Shown in pieces: positions 38,424 through 51,647 of a stretch of 64,000 bases of DNA; positions within the stretch are counted from its first letter, which is position 1, and each line of letters opens with the position of its first letter. The notes under the pieces are model-generated. The model did not search any database. It had not been told where the DNA came from and saw only the letters and a program-made list of their open reading frames with translations. The DNA lies in NCBI GenBank assembly GCA_030390025.1, contig CM059432.1, forward strand, positions 147,500,001 through 147,564,000, read 5' to 3'. Made by a program: the position numbers and the translations under genes. Origin of the DNA: Squalus acanthias. Lineage: Eukaryota.

Positions 38424-40677
38424 AAAAGAAAATACTGCAGATGCTGGAAATCTGAAATAAAAACAGAAAATGCTGGAGAAACTCAACAGGTCAGGCAGCA
38501 TCTGTGAAGAGAGAAACAGAGTTAACGTTTCAGGTCGATGACCCTTCGTCAGAACTGGAAAAAAGCAGGAAATGGAACAGATTTTTAAGCAAGTGTAGAG
38601 GCTGGGAAAGGGGGGAGGGGATGAAAGAACAAAAGGGAAGGTCTGTGATAGGATAGAAGGCGGAAGAGGTTAAGTGATATCAAGAGATATTCAAGGCAAA
38701 AGGAGATGGTAATGGGACAGGTTAAGAAACAAGGGATGGCTCTAGATGAAGTGTAAATTGCGCTGGCAGAATGAAAGACAGCTGCCATGTGGGAGAGAAG
38801 AAAAAAAGACAGACAAAGAGTGTGGATTAAAAAAAAATATATATATGATAGGGGCCGAGGTTATGATCTGAAATTGTTGAACTCTATGTTGAGTCCAGAA
38901 GGCTGTAAAGTGTCTTATTGGAAGATGAGGTGCTGTTCGTCGAGCTTACGCTGAGCTTCCGTGGAACAATGCAAGAGGCCGAGGACGGTGAGGTCTGAGT
39001 GGGAATGGAGTGGAGAATTAAAGTGACAGGCCACCGGAAGCTCGGGGTCCCCCTTACGGACTGAACGGAGGTGTTCCGCAAAGCGGTCACCCAATCTGCG
39101 TTTGGTCTCCCCAATGTAGATGAGACCACATCGTGAGCAGCAAATACAGTATACTAAATTGCAAGAAGTACAAGTAAATCGCTGTTTCACCTAGAAGGGG
39201 TGTTTGGGGCCCTGGACAGTGGGAAGAGGGGAGGTATAAGGGCATGTGTTGCATCTCCTGCGGCTTGCACGGGAAGCTGCCGGGTGAAGGGAAGGGGTGT
39301 TGGGGGTGATAGAGGAGTGGACTAGGGTGTCGCGGAGGGAGTGGTCCCTACGGAATGCTGAAAGGGGAGGTGAGGGGAAGATGCATTTGGTGGTGGGATC
39401 ACGCTGGAGGTGGCGGAAATGGTGGAGGATGATCTGTTGAATGTGAGGCTGGTGGGGTGAAAGGTGAGGACAAGGGGAACTCTGTCGTAGGTCCGGGAGG
39501 GAGGGGCAGGGGTGAGGGCAGCAGTGCGGGAGATAGAATGGACATGGTCAAGGGCCGTGTCAACCATTGTAGAGGGGAATCCTCGGTTGAGGAAAAAGGA
39601 AGACATGTCAGAAGCACTGGTATGGAAGGTGGCATCATCAGAGCAGATGCGGTGGAGATGGAGAAACTGGGAGAATGGAATAGAGTCCTTACAGGAGGCG
39701 GGGTGGGAGGAAGTGTAGTCCAGGTAGCTGTGGGAGTCAGTGGGCTTGTAGTGAATGTTTGTTAATAACCTATCCCCAGAGATGGAGATGGAGAAGTCGA
39801 GGAAGGGAAGGGAAGAGTTGGAGATGGACCATATGAAAGTGAGGGAAGGGTGGAAATTGGAAGCAAAGTGAATGAAATTATCTAGTTCAGGGCAAGAGCA
39901 GGAAATGGCACCGATACAGTCATCAATGTACCGGAAAAATAGGAGGGACCTGAGTAGGACCGGAACAAAGAGTGTTCCACATGTCCCACGAAAAGGCAGG
40001 CATAGCTAGGACCCATGCGGGTTCCCATAGCAACACCTTTGATTTGGAGGAAGTGAGTGGAGTCAAAGGAGAAGTTGTTCAATGTGAGAACAAGTTCAGC
40101 CAGGCGGAGGAGGGTGGTGGTGGATGGGGACTGGTTGGGCCTCTGTTCAAGGAAGAAGCGGAGTGCCCTCAGGCCATCCTGGTGGGGGATGGAGGTGTAG
40201 AGGGATTGTACGTCCATAGTGAAAAGGAGACAGTTGGGGCCAGGAAACTGGAAACTGTTAAAGTGGCGGAGGGCATCGGAAGAGTTGCGAATGTAGGTGA
40301 GAAGAGACTGGACAAGGGGAGAAAAAATAGAGTCAAGATCGGAAGAGATAAGTTCCGTGGGGCAAGAACAGGCTGAAACGATGGGTCTACCAGGGCAGTC
40401 CTGTTTGTGGATCTTGGGAAGGAGATAGAAGCGGGCTGTGCAGGGTTGGGGAACTATGAGGTTGGCGGCCGTGGGGGGAAGATCTCCAGAGGAGATGAGG
40501 ACAGTGACAGTCTTGGAAACGGTAGCTTGATGTTCAGTGGTGGGGTTATGGTCCAGGCGGAGGTAGGAGGAGGTGTCGGAGAGTTGTCATTCAGCTTCCT
40601 GAAATGTTAACTCTGTTTCTCTCTCTTCACAGATGCTGCCTGACCTGCTGAGTTTCTCCAGCATTTTCTGTTTTTAT
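38424..40677 (-). mobile_element. Penelope-like element (probably Neptune type), 5'-truncated, with RT and GIY-YIG remnants
   Basis: MDVQSLYTSIPH, FLQIKGVAMGTRMGPSYA; CTSCNLVYCICCSRCGLIYIGETKRRLGDRFAEH; inverted terminus 40598-40677; 14-bp TSD TGTAAAAGGATATA. Confidence 0.95.
38520..38556 (-). ncRNA. Minimal hammerhead motif, sense to the PLE ORF
   Basis: aguu-CUGACGA-a-ggguc/auc/gaccu-GAAA-CGUU-aacu. Confidence 0.85.
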
Positions 40678-41479
40678 TGTAAAAGGATATAGTCACGTTA
40701 AGTGAGTGGGCAAGAACATGGCAGATGGAATATAATGTGGGTAAGTGTGAAATTATCCACTTTGGTAGGAAGAATGAAAATGCAGAATCATAGTAAATGT
40801 TGGTGTTCAGAGGGATTTAGGGGTCCTTGTACACGTATCATAGAAAGTTAACATGCAGGTATAGCAAGCAATTATGAAGGCAAATGATATGTTTGCATTT
40901 ATTGCAAGGGATTTGGAATATAAGAGTAAGGGAGTCTTGCTGCAATTATATAGGGCTTTGGTGAGACCACACCTGGAGTACTGTGTACAGTTTTGGTCCC
41001 CTTACCTAAGGAAGGACATACTTGCCTTAGAGGCGGTGCAACAAAGGTTCACTAGATTGATCCCTGGGATGAGAGTGTTGTCCTATGAGGAGAGATTGAG
41101 TAGATTGGGCCTATACTCTCTGGAGTTTAGAAGTATGAGAGGTGATCTCATTGAAACATATAAGATTCTGAGGGGGATTGGCAGTGTAGATGCTGAGAGG
41201 TTGTTTCCCCCTGGCTGGAGAGTCGAGAACTAGGGGGCATAGTCTCAGGATAAGTGGTCGGCCATTTAAGACTGAGATGAGGAGGAATTTCCTCACTGAA
41301 AGGGTTGTGAATCTTTGGAATTCTCGACCCCAGAGGGCTGTGGATGCTCAGTCGATGAGTATATTCAAGGCTGAGATCGATAGATTTTTGGGCTCTAAGG
41401 AATGAAGGGATATGGGGATAGTGTGTGAAAAAGGAGTTGAGGTCGAAGTTCAGCCATGATCTTATTGAATGGCGGAGAG

Positions 41480-44400
41480 AGGGCGTAGGCTGGAGCGTGG
41501 AGCTCCAAAATAGCAGCGCTGGCGTCAAATCAGCTCTCATCGTGATCCGCCTGTTCTGCATGCTGCCAGCAGTCGTTACGTGCATGTGCGCAAACCCCTT
41601 TACCAAGATGTCGTTCGGCGCACTTCCCATGGGAACTGTGAGCACGCATGTGTAACTGATGCTATTTTCATAGTTTAAGAGGCCACGTAGTGCCCAAAAA
41701 ACGAGCCCAGTTTTGCCCCCCATGCATTTGGTTAAAGTTATGAAGCAGCCCGGAGCTGTTAAACTGCTGTCAGCATACTATTGACCCAAAGCACCACAGT
41801 AGCCTACAGCCACTAACCAGAGACTTACCTTAATGGAGGTGAGGTTGCCTCCACTTCTGAAGCCCTGCGAGCTCCCCATCAGGAACCGGCTCTGTTTTTG
41901 AACAGGAAGGGCCTCCATTCATTCAATGTTCCAACTTGTTTCTGACCACAGGCAGGTCTGTGACCGCTTTCCTGCCAGTAGTCATCACGTTTTCATGCTG
42001 CGCCAGTCCTCAATACCGCCTCTGTTCCATCCAGAGCATTGGGAGCCAGGCTGGCTGCTGGGGGAACAAGGCCTATCCCCTCACCAACTGGCTCATGACT
42101 CCTCTCGGGAATCTGGGCACGGACTCAGAGCGCTGATATAATGAGAGCCATGATGCAGCAACAAGAGTTCTGATTGAGCAAACCGCTGGTGCCCAGAAAC
42201 GATGGTTCTGCTGTCGGGACTGCTCTTGAGGGGTCCTTCAGTACTGCCTAGAGTGAGTGTCAAGGTTCATCATCATTTGCTGCATCCTTCACAATCGAGC
42301 TATTCAAAGGGGGAGTTGCCTTGAGATTCCTGAAGAAAGGGAGGTTAAGCAGGAAGATGAAGAGAATGAGGAGCTGGAGGAAGCTGAAGGAAAGCACAGT
42401 CCAGCAGGACTGCAATCTGCCAGAGCTGTAAGGCAGCAAATTATTAAGGAGAGATTCTCCTGATCAATCCCTCCCTTGGCCCCCAACACCAACAGCCTCT
42501 TCTTCCATTTGACCTTGCCTGGATACCCACCATAAAAAACTAGAACTAGGGGGCATAATCTTAGAATAAGGGGCTGCTCTTTCAAAACTGAGATGAGGAG
42601 AAACTTCTTCACTCAGAGGGTAGTAGGTCTGTGGAATTTGCTGCCCCAGGAAGCTGTGGAAGCTACATCATTAAATAAATTTAAAACAGAAATAGACAGT
42701 TTCCTAGAAGTAAAGGGAATTAGGGGTTACGGGGAGCGGGCAGGAAATTGGACATGAGGCTGAGTTCGGATCGGTCGAGGCCCTGTGGGTGGCGGATCGG
42801 GCCCAGGGGCTGAGTGGCCGGGTCCTGCTCCTACTTCTTGTGTTCTTTAGATTTGAGGTGAGGATCAGATCAGCCATGATCTTATTGAATGGCAGAGCAG
42901 GCTCGAGGGGCCGATTGGCCTACTCCTGCTCCTATTTCTTATGTTCTTATGTTCTTATATCAACACCCTCAAAACAGTACAAGTTCATGGGTGTTCCTGT
43001 TACATCACTAAGATTATGAAGACTAACAGTAATACCAAAACAAATCATTTTACTTCCAACAGATTCCTTTCTTGATTTCTCGAATTGTTACATGACTGAT
43101 GCCTGTCTACAAATCACCCTTGTGCCAAGCCCTGGTGCCTGTCTTATGTGCTCGGTTACCTATTCTAGTGTTCCTATGAGGTGGTTCCTCAGTGGCTACT
43201 GCCTGGGAGATGGAAGACTGCTGAACATCTGCTGAGGGCACTTGAGATGGCCGTGGCAGGCCACCTCGACCATGGAGCTTTGGCCGTTGAGGACCCGGCT
43301 GCACACTGCTGGGATTCGACTTTGGCCCAGCTGGCTGTCTGGCACCAGTAAGGGCACTGGCTGAGAAGTTGGCAGGGAACAGATGTCTCTGTCATGGAGC
43401 CAATGCCAGTCTCAGGGGGCTGAGCCTCAGCACCCCCGCTGCTCAGCATGAGAGCAGAGTGAAGACATACTGGGAAGCTTGCACAGCCCCTGTTCATGCT
43501 CTCCTTCAGGCTTTGTAAGCCATAGAAAATGCCAGACCCCAGAGCCAAGATGGCAGCAGCCTGAGCCTCCGTTGGGGCTGTCCACAAAGGCTCCATCACT
43601 GTGAGGCCCCGTGCAGTGCTCAGAGAAATGACCATGTTCCATGTTGGAATGCAAGGTCTTGATGTCATGCTCAAAGACAGCACAAAAGTTGGAGTTGGAA
43701 TCCTTCATGCTTTCCAACATTGTGCACTTAGAAGGTCCGTGGGGATTGCCATCAGTCTGCTTATGTATGGTGGACCCTCGATTTCTCCAGGTACACCCTG
43801 TACAGCAGAACTAGCATGTGAGATCTCCCTCCAGTGAGCTGCTTACTGGATTGTCCTATTTCTCCTGCTCTTACTCCTGCTCCTTCGTGCTGGGTGCATC
43901 TCCACATGTAGATCCCTCTAGTCTGCCCTCTGAACTACGCACGGTGCCAGTCTCTGAGCTGATGTCGGTTAGTGTAAGTTCGAGTGACGTTCTACAGTAC
44001 TGCCCTCTTTGTCTCCTTCTTCTGCTTCCTGAGGGCTGACTGGAGCTTGTGGACTGAAATGGAAAAAAGGGACAAGAGGTAGCACTGAGTGGCATGGGCA
44101 AGCAGAGACAGATGAGTGGCTTCTGAAAGAAGCAGCAATCTGTAATGCACAATGTAAGATTTAAGAGAGAAGGGAATGAGGCGAAGGTGGTTTAAAACCC
44201 AGCAGAACCTGTTGTCCAGCCTTGCCAGACGCCACGCTCCTGACATGCCCCCTGCCCGCAATGTGCAGGACTTGCTCTTCAAGTGGGCCCTGCACATGGA
44301 TGAAGTGTGGCCCTCCTCCTGTGGCTGTCTGCCTCCTGTTATTGGGTGGGGGGGGCGCCTTGCAGGTTCTCCTCTGCCTGCTATTGTCAACAGTTAGTTG

Positions 44401-44635
44401 GCTGCAGTCAAAGTACACCTCCCCTTTTAATTGCGCCAGGAATGTACAAAATGATACGCCCCGTCAAGTGAGCTGGCAATCAACAGCGTGAGTAGCGCTC
44501 GCAGCCCACCTATTTTATTTGAATAAATCAGTTGTTCAAATTTGAGGTCTTCTTCGTGGCCACATGATCAGGAACAAGTTCTCCAAGTGCGATGCCCATC
44601 CTGCGCTCGAAAATGTACTCGAAGCAATTTCTACC
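41480..44635. mobile_element. Decayed Harbinger: transposase remnant (+, about 41870-42463) and Myb remnant (-, about 43100-44400)
   Basis: NRKG.HS, GWLLG, YNESH...RVLIEQ, CCILHN, acidic tail; boundaries approximate. Confidence 0.75.
42540..42957 (+). mobile_element. CR1 LINE 3' end
   Basis: RTRGHNLRI..EMRRNFF; (TTCTTATG)n tail. Confidence 0.85.
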
Positions 44636-47019
44636 TTGCTGTCTCTCTCCCTCTCTCCTTGGACTATGGTTTGGACTCAGGTTCTGTGTGAAGGTGACAA
44701 TTCCGAACTGAGAAGCTCAGTCAGAACCGACCTGCACTTGGACCTCACACAGTCTGACCTGAAACAAACGGGCTCAATGTTGGGGGCACTTCTCAAAAGT
44801 GCACAGCCTCTTAAACTCAGCACCAATGTTTCTCAATCACTCCCTGGGATCGTACTCAATAAAGGAGAGCGGAACGCATTCCTCTAACCCCATTGCCCCA
44901 GATCCTTTTGTATTCCTCCTTCTCAATTACTTATCCCATTTCCTTTTAAATGATGTTCTGGTCTCTGCCTCAATAGCTATTTTTGTTGAAGCATCCCATA
45001 ATCTAATAGCCCTTGGTGTGAATGTCTTCCTCCTCCCTTCCCCCTTGGTTCTTCCAGTGTCCCCTTGTTCCCCATTCACCCACCAGTGGAAAGAATCTTT
45101 CACTATTTACCCACTGTAAGATCCCCAAGTTTCATTCACCCTTTACTGGCTGCTCCTCTCTCAGTGCCGCTCCCATTCACCACATTGCTGCTGCTGCTAC
45201 CGGCTCTGCAGGAAACTCTGGGCCCCATGCCCACATCCATTCCCCATTCTCCCTCTTTCCCCCTTGTGTCCCAATCCCCCATCCCCCGACCTTGTCACAT
45301 ATCTTCCTCTTCCCAGCAAGCCCCAATTCCCCGAACCCAAGTCCCATGTCACCCTCTCCCAATGCTCGAGCCCGAATCCACCAATCCCCATATTCCCCAG
45401 TCTCCCTCTCTCCCTGAGCTGCATCCCTGACCCCCCAGTTCCTGGTCTTACTCTTCCACCCCAAGCCCCTGTCCCCTGAACCTAAGTCCTATTCTCTCCC
45501 GAACAGAGCCTCAAACCCCCGACCCCAAATCTCTGTCTACCCTCTCTCATCCCAATTCCCCAGCTGCCCTATCCCCATTCACCCTCTTCCAGCCCAAATC
45601 TGCCCCTCTTCCTGCTCCATCTCTCTCCCTCCCCACCCCAGACCCTTGGATTATTCTCCACCAACCGGTCCAGTTTCCGTAGGTCACCTCTACCCACCAG
45701 AAATGACATCATTAACTCCACCTCACCAATGTTCATTAAGCCAAAATGAGGCATGCCCCAGCAGGGGTGACTTCACCGAATGAGAGGCGGTTTCTCTGCA
45801 TCCGTTGGTGGTGACGCCCTGAAGCTATGGCTGGTGCGACAGGAAATTTAAAGGCTTCACCATCACTGGGAGCATGAGTTTGAGCAGCAGGGAGAGAAGT
45901 ACAGGTGCAATGTTCTACTTTTCTCTCTGGTTGTTAGCAGTACTGCCTGCGAGATTCATCTTCCATTCCGGGAGACTCTTGGACAATCCTGGAGGCCACC
46001 GTAGAGGGACAAACCTGCATCTGTGCCTGAAAATAGATCAGGCCCCTCAATGGCACGTAACTGAGACAGGAGTGGGAGTTCTGCTCCTCCCTCTCGCAAC
46101 TTCCTGTTTGTATGGAAATGAGGCATCCAGATACAGGGGCACCTTATGAATCCTGTGCCTGGGACAGATCAGGCATCTGACTGTGCCCTGCAGCAAGTCA
46201 AAAAAGACCCCTTAAAGGTAAATTTTATATTTAAAAAAAAAACGTCCAGCAGATCTTGAAGTCTTCTTGCTGCTGCCTTGAGGTCAAGAGAAGGGATTAT
46301 ACTCCAGCCTCCTGCAGCTTCCCCAGGATGATCTGGCACTGCCTGGAGGAGAGATTGTACTCCAGCCTCCTCCCTGTCGGGAGGAAGAATTGTAGTGGGG
46401 TGCCCCCCACAAGCCATATTAATGACCCAGGACAGGAAATGCAGGCACAGCGCACTTCAGTCCAGAGCCAGGATGAATAGGAGGGGCAGGAAAATCGTCC
46501 ATTGTCCCATCACATCGTCCAGAATCTTGATCTTTGCCTGGAGGATCCGTTACCTTTTTTCTTGATAAAAGATTGGATAACTTTAACGGATGAAGAGAAA
46601 ATTGTGTCCATCGCAAATAGTTAGTGGAAAAAATAATTTGGTGTCTGACTTCATACAAGCCCAAGTACACCACATCCAATTTCTGATTTATTCTGTTACA
46701 CACAAGAAAAGTATTGTGTCTAATGATAAAGGTCATTCACTTTATCCACAATCACAGCAAGGAGCAGATGTCGAATTCTCAAAATAATGTTGTCTCCTGA
46801 AGTTACAAATTGCTATTTGAAGAATCGGCAGTTCTTTTCAAATACTCCCATTTATTTAAGGCTGTAATTATTTGCAACACCAAAGTTCTGATTGGTCCCC
46901 TTGGAGGACAAGACCAGGTTTCTGATTGATCCCCTTGGAGGACCAGACAGACCCAGCAGTTTGCTTGGAATGTGTAATTAGATCCTGCCTGCCTGAGTAA
47001 TCAAGATATTTGCAATATG

Positions 47020-47280
47020 TAGTTTGATCCTCTCTCCCCACCTCCGATCCTCTCTTAACCCCCTTCGATCCTCTCCCCCATCCGATTCTCTTTCCCCCTT
47101 CGATCCTCTCCCCTCCTTTGATCCTCTCTCCTGTCCTCCGATCCTTTCTCCCCCCTCCGATCCTCTCCCCCCATCCAATCCTCTTGCCCCCCCCCATTCG
47201 AGCCTCTCTCCTCCCTTTAAACCTCTCTCCCTCCCCTCCGATCCTCTCTCCCCCCCCCCCCTGCCCCCCTCTATCCCCTG
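47020..47280. repeat. Degenerate GATCCTCTCCC pyrimidine-rich tandem repeat
   Basis: Repeated GATCCTCTC units separated by C runs. Confidence 0.8.
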
Positions 47281-48208
47281 ACCTTCTCTGCATGGAGCCG
47301 AGGAAAGTGTGGTGGTGCAGGCTGCAGCCGCTGCACCGTCGGGTACTGCGCATGTGCGACCAGATCGAGTGCGCATGTGCAGTACCCAATGTGCATGCAT
47401 GCGCAGAGAGTCAAAGATGCAATGCAAATAGTCACTCCATTTATTTAAGCTCAATATATTCTAAGACATGACAATCTTCTATTATTACAACATTAATATT
47501 TCCATTTGCAAGTTATATAATTGTTTTCTTTGGCATTCAAAAGGAATATAACAATCACACATTCATTGTCATTGTCAATTATTTACAGATTGTTAATGTA
47601 AGTGCTGCGTAATCTATTGAACCAATATGTATATATCTACTTACAATTTTATCTATGGACAATGTAAAAATACTTTGATATTACTTTATCGGAGTCCTTG
47701 ATCTGGTTCCCCACCAGCTTGTCCTTTGTAGGAACAAGTTAAGGACACACTCATAAGATCAGTGTTATTCTATTTATATATAAAGGATACAAGATCTGGT
47801 TCCCCGATCAGACCCTCCCAGCTTGGAGTGGTGCTCACAAGGGGACTGGTGCATGCAGTATGTGGCCTGAAAATTGGGCAATGCGGGGCCACGATTCCAA
47901 GCCAGCGCTCTCAGCAAGCTAGGAGTGCCCGATCAATGAATCAGCCATGTAACCCCATCAGACAAAAATATATTTATGCATTTTTTTTTTGTTCCAATTT
48001 TTTTCTGCTAATTTATTCCCTTGACTGGCTCAGGTACTGTTCCAAAGGCACTAGTTGCCTTCTGGCACCTCTCTCAAGTAGCTATTCTTTGTGTGAGCAG
48101 TGAGTGTTGGCAGGCTGTTTAATTATGGGAGCGGAGCCGGGAGGTTACAACTGATCCCGGTCCTGTCCTCACGTGACGCGCGCACTGCAGCAGGGGTCTT
48201 TAGGTAGT

Positions 48209-48530
48209 TCTTTTTTCCTACAATCACTGGCATGTGGGCGCCACTGGCAAGGCCAGCATTTATTGCCCATCCCTCGTTGCCCTCGAGAAGGTGGTGGTGA
48301 GCCGCCTTCTTTGAATCGCCGCAGTCCATGCAGTGAAGGTACTCCCACAGTGCTGTTAGGGAGGGAGTTCCAGATAATTGACCCAGTGACGATGAAGGAT
48401 CGGCGATAGATTTCTAAGTCAGGATGGTGTGTGGCTTGGAGGGGAACTTGGAGGTGGTGATGTTCCCATGCGCTTGCTGCCCTTGTCCTTCTAGGTGGAA
48501 GAGGTTGCGGGTTTGGGAGGTGCTGCCTGA
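48209..48530 (-). mobile_element. RTE-X-like LINE 3' end
   Basis: Matches 29864-30180. Confidence 0.85.
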
Positions 48531-48739
48531 AGAAATATACAATGGGGTTTTCTCCTCACTAACCCAGGAGTACTGAGGCCAATTGTGGTATCTCACCATC
48601 AATTGGCTGCAATCAGCTGATTCAATACAAACTGGGGCTGGGGGTTGTACTAGGGGTCACTATGGTCTTCATAACTCAGCTCCTTATTGCCTGAATAAGA
48701 TGAGATATCAGGAAAATAATAAATATATTCATTTTACAG

Positions 48740-48774
48740 TACTGGATTATACTTTCACTGAAATTTGCCCCCTT
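48740..48774 (+). CDS. Candidate 35-nt micro-exon
   Basis: Acceptor cattttacAG, donor GTAAGT; two open frames, so the peptide is ambiguous. Confidence 0.25.
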
Positions 48775-49295
48775 GTAAGTAGTTTTCCCAAACACGGGTT
48801 TCCACTGACATTGATGGATACAAAAGCAAGGCATTAACAGTGGTTTGGAGCCTGTGAGTAGAATCATACCAATACAAGAGCAGCACGAAGGAGCACTTCA
48901 CTGACTGAGTCAGTACCAAGGGTTGCTTTGGAGAAATGGTGATCAGTCCTTCTACAGATAACAGGTGCAGATATCAAAACATCACTTAGATTTATCTTAG
49001 TTAGCCTACCGATAGTGTAGGGAGCAGAATAAATGAAGAAGGAAAGTATTACATTGAACGAACAGCACAGAAACAGGCCATTTGGCCCAACTGGTCTGTG
49101 CCGGTGTTTATGCTCCACACGAGCCTCCTCCCACCCCTACTTCATCTCACCCCATCAGCACATCTTTCTATTCCTTCTTCCCTCATGTACTTATCTAGAT
49201 TCCCCTTAAATGCATCTATGTATATATAACAATAGCAATAATAAACTTATGATCCTGTAATAGATAGTCACTGGGACTACCCTGCCACCACTTGT

Positions 49296-49435
49296 CCAAT
49301 GCTGGTTCATTCTACTCTGTACTCGGGATAGATGAAGCTGCCGATTGGTGTGCAATATTTAATCATGAATCACCGTAACCAATAAATGACGACGTCATGA
49401 GATGTTTCTAGAAGTTTGGTTGACAATAGTATAAA
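49296..49435 (+). promoter_or_regulatory. Promoter-like motif cluster
   Basis: CCAAT 49296 and 49379, ATTGG 49344, CRE-like GACGTCA 49391-49397, HSE-like GATgtTTCtaGAAgtTTG 49401-49418, TATAAA 49430. Confidence 0.35.
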
Positions 49436-49899
49436 GACAAGTGGGAGGTGCACATTCCTTCCCGGCAGTCATGCTTCACTAAACAGCAGCAAATAATCAG
49501 GTCTGAACAGATGAGTTTAGATGGTGCAGAGGGCGCAGCGCCTCGAAGTGAAGTCACTCAACATTGATGCTTTCACTGCTGAGGAATTAATCGGCACAGG
49601 TTTTAAATCTAACTTCACACGGTAGATCATTTAAAAAAAAATCTGTTAATACTGTGGCAAAAACACAGATGAAGAAAACACCCTTGTTACTGAGGTGACA
49701 TCACTGTTTGAAGAGCTGTTCTTAAAGGTGCTTATAGGTGGGAGAGGGGGAGGTTTTCAGTTGAAGGATAATCCAGTACCATAAAGTGAACATATTTTCC
49801 TGATATCTCTTTAATGCAAAGAGGAGCTGACTCATACAGACCATAATAGCCCTGGTTCAACACTACCCCCACCTCTTTTTGTGCTCAGTTACCGTGAAG

Positions 49900-50390
49900 C
49901 TATGCAACGAAGGTTCACTAGATTGATTCCTAGGATGAGAGAGCTGTCCTATGAGGAGAGATTGAGTAGAATAGGCCCATATTCTCTGGAGTTTAGAAGA
50001 ATGAGAGGTGATCTCATTGAAACGTATAACATTTTTAGAGGTGTTGACAGGGTAGATGCTGAGAGGCTGTTTCCCCCCTGGCTGGAGAGTCTAGAACTCG
50101 GGATCATAGTCTAAGGATAAGGCGTCAGCCATTTAGGACTGAAATGAGGAGGAATTTCTTCACTCTGGTCAATCTTTGAAATTCTCTATCCCAGAGGGCT
50201 ATGGATATCAGTTGTTGGGTATATTCAAGACGGAGATCAATAGATTCTTGGGCACTAAGGGAATCAAGGGATATGGGGATAGGACGGGAAGGTGGAGTTG
50301 AGGTCAATGATCAACCATGATCTTATTGAATGGAGGAGCAGGGTTAAGGGGCCATATGACCTACTCTGCTCCTAATTCTTATGTTCTTAT
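49900..50390 (+). mobile_element. CR1 LINE 3' end
   Basis: QRRFTRLIP..SYEERL..RRMRGDLIETY; TTCTTATG tail. Confidence 0.88.
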
Positions 50391-50811
50391 ACCAAAATTT
50401 AAACAATTAAAAATCTCTTAAATGATGCTGTCACTCAAAATATTTTGATAAAAGGCCATCTTCACCACAGCCGTTATTCCATTATGAATTCCACTAACTT
50501 TGATCCATGTACTCTAGGCATTAGCCTGATGATTGACATGCTGAACTGTGAGCAACACAGCAATATTTGGACATCTTCAAAAGTGAAGCAATTTGAGCTG
50601 TGATGTTAGCTCTGCCATTTACTGTGGTGAAAAATATTTGTATCAACAGAAACAACCGAGGGGGTAAAATTAAGCTCGAGGAGAGGCCGGAAACTAGTCC
50701 AGTGCAACAAAAGCACATACCCGTAATATATGAAAAATCGTAGCGTTGTGCACACTTGCGGGATCTTTTTACATTATAAATTCCTAAGTCTACAATTATA
50801 ATGGAAACTAC

Positions 50812-51647
50812 GGCCGGGATTTTAATCTGGAGGCGGGTAGGGAGTTCGGTGGGGCTGTGGGGCTGGGCTAGAAAACGGTCGTGAAACCCAGGAGAACGGA
50901 TATCCCACAGGCCCCGCCGAATTTAACGGTAGGGCCTGATTAACATTTCAAAGTTCTGTTACCCACCTGCAGTCAGCCAGATGGAGAGGCTGGCTGGCTG
51001 TTGGAGTGGGCGGAGGGGGGGGGTTGTAGGCCTGTGGCATTAGGCCACAGAGGAGGGAGAGAGGGATCGGGGGGAGTTGAATCGGGACTGGAGGAGGATC
51101 GGGGGGGGGAATGAATCGGGACCGGAGGTTGAATCGAGGCCAGAGGAGGATCAGGAGCGGTGAATCGAGGCCGGAGGAGGATTGAAGCCAGAGGGGGGGA
51201 AGCCGGGAAGGCGATTGGGGGCCGGAGGGGGGGAGGTCGGAGGTCGGATCGGAAGTCTTGTGGGCGGGGGGGGGGGCAGAATCAGAGGCCTCGTGGGGGG
51301 AGGTCGGGAGGAGATCGGAAGTGGAAAGACACTTACCTCCTGGATCCAGCAGTCTCGCCTCCCTTTAGCTGGCGGGTTCCCCAAGATCCGGGAAACCCGG
51401 CCAGCCAGAGTTAAATTTGTAATGGTGGATCACGCTGAGGCGCGCCAGCCTCATTATAATATTCAACTGGATGACCCGCCTCCTGGGAGCGGGTTGGCTG
51501 CCCGCCACCCCCCCCCCCCCATCCCGCCTCCGTTAAAACTGGAAGGGGGCTGGTTGGAGGTGGGTTAGGGTCAGGATTCAGTTTTTTAACTCTTTAACTT
51601 CCCACCTGAGCCCAACCTACCTATTTTTGGGGGTTAAAATTCCCCCC
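50812..51647. mobile_element. Harbinger-type MITE with internal GGATCG repeats
   Basis: Termini GGCCGGGATTTTAA / TTAAAATTCCCCCC, TSD TAC. Confidence 0.8.

Larger units (their letters stand above)
33350..41475 (+). mobile_element. CR1 ORF2 split by nested insertions (pieces about 33350-34120, 37925-38423, 40692-41475)
   Basis: Collinear CR1 motifs resume after each insertion. Confidence 0.85.

Noticed and set aside
45022..47471. Pro- or Gly-rich ORFs
   Set aside because: Artefacts of C-rich low-complexity sequence
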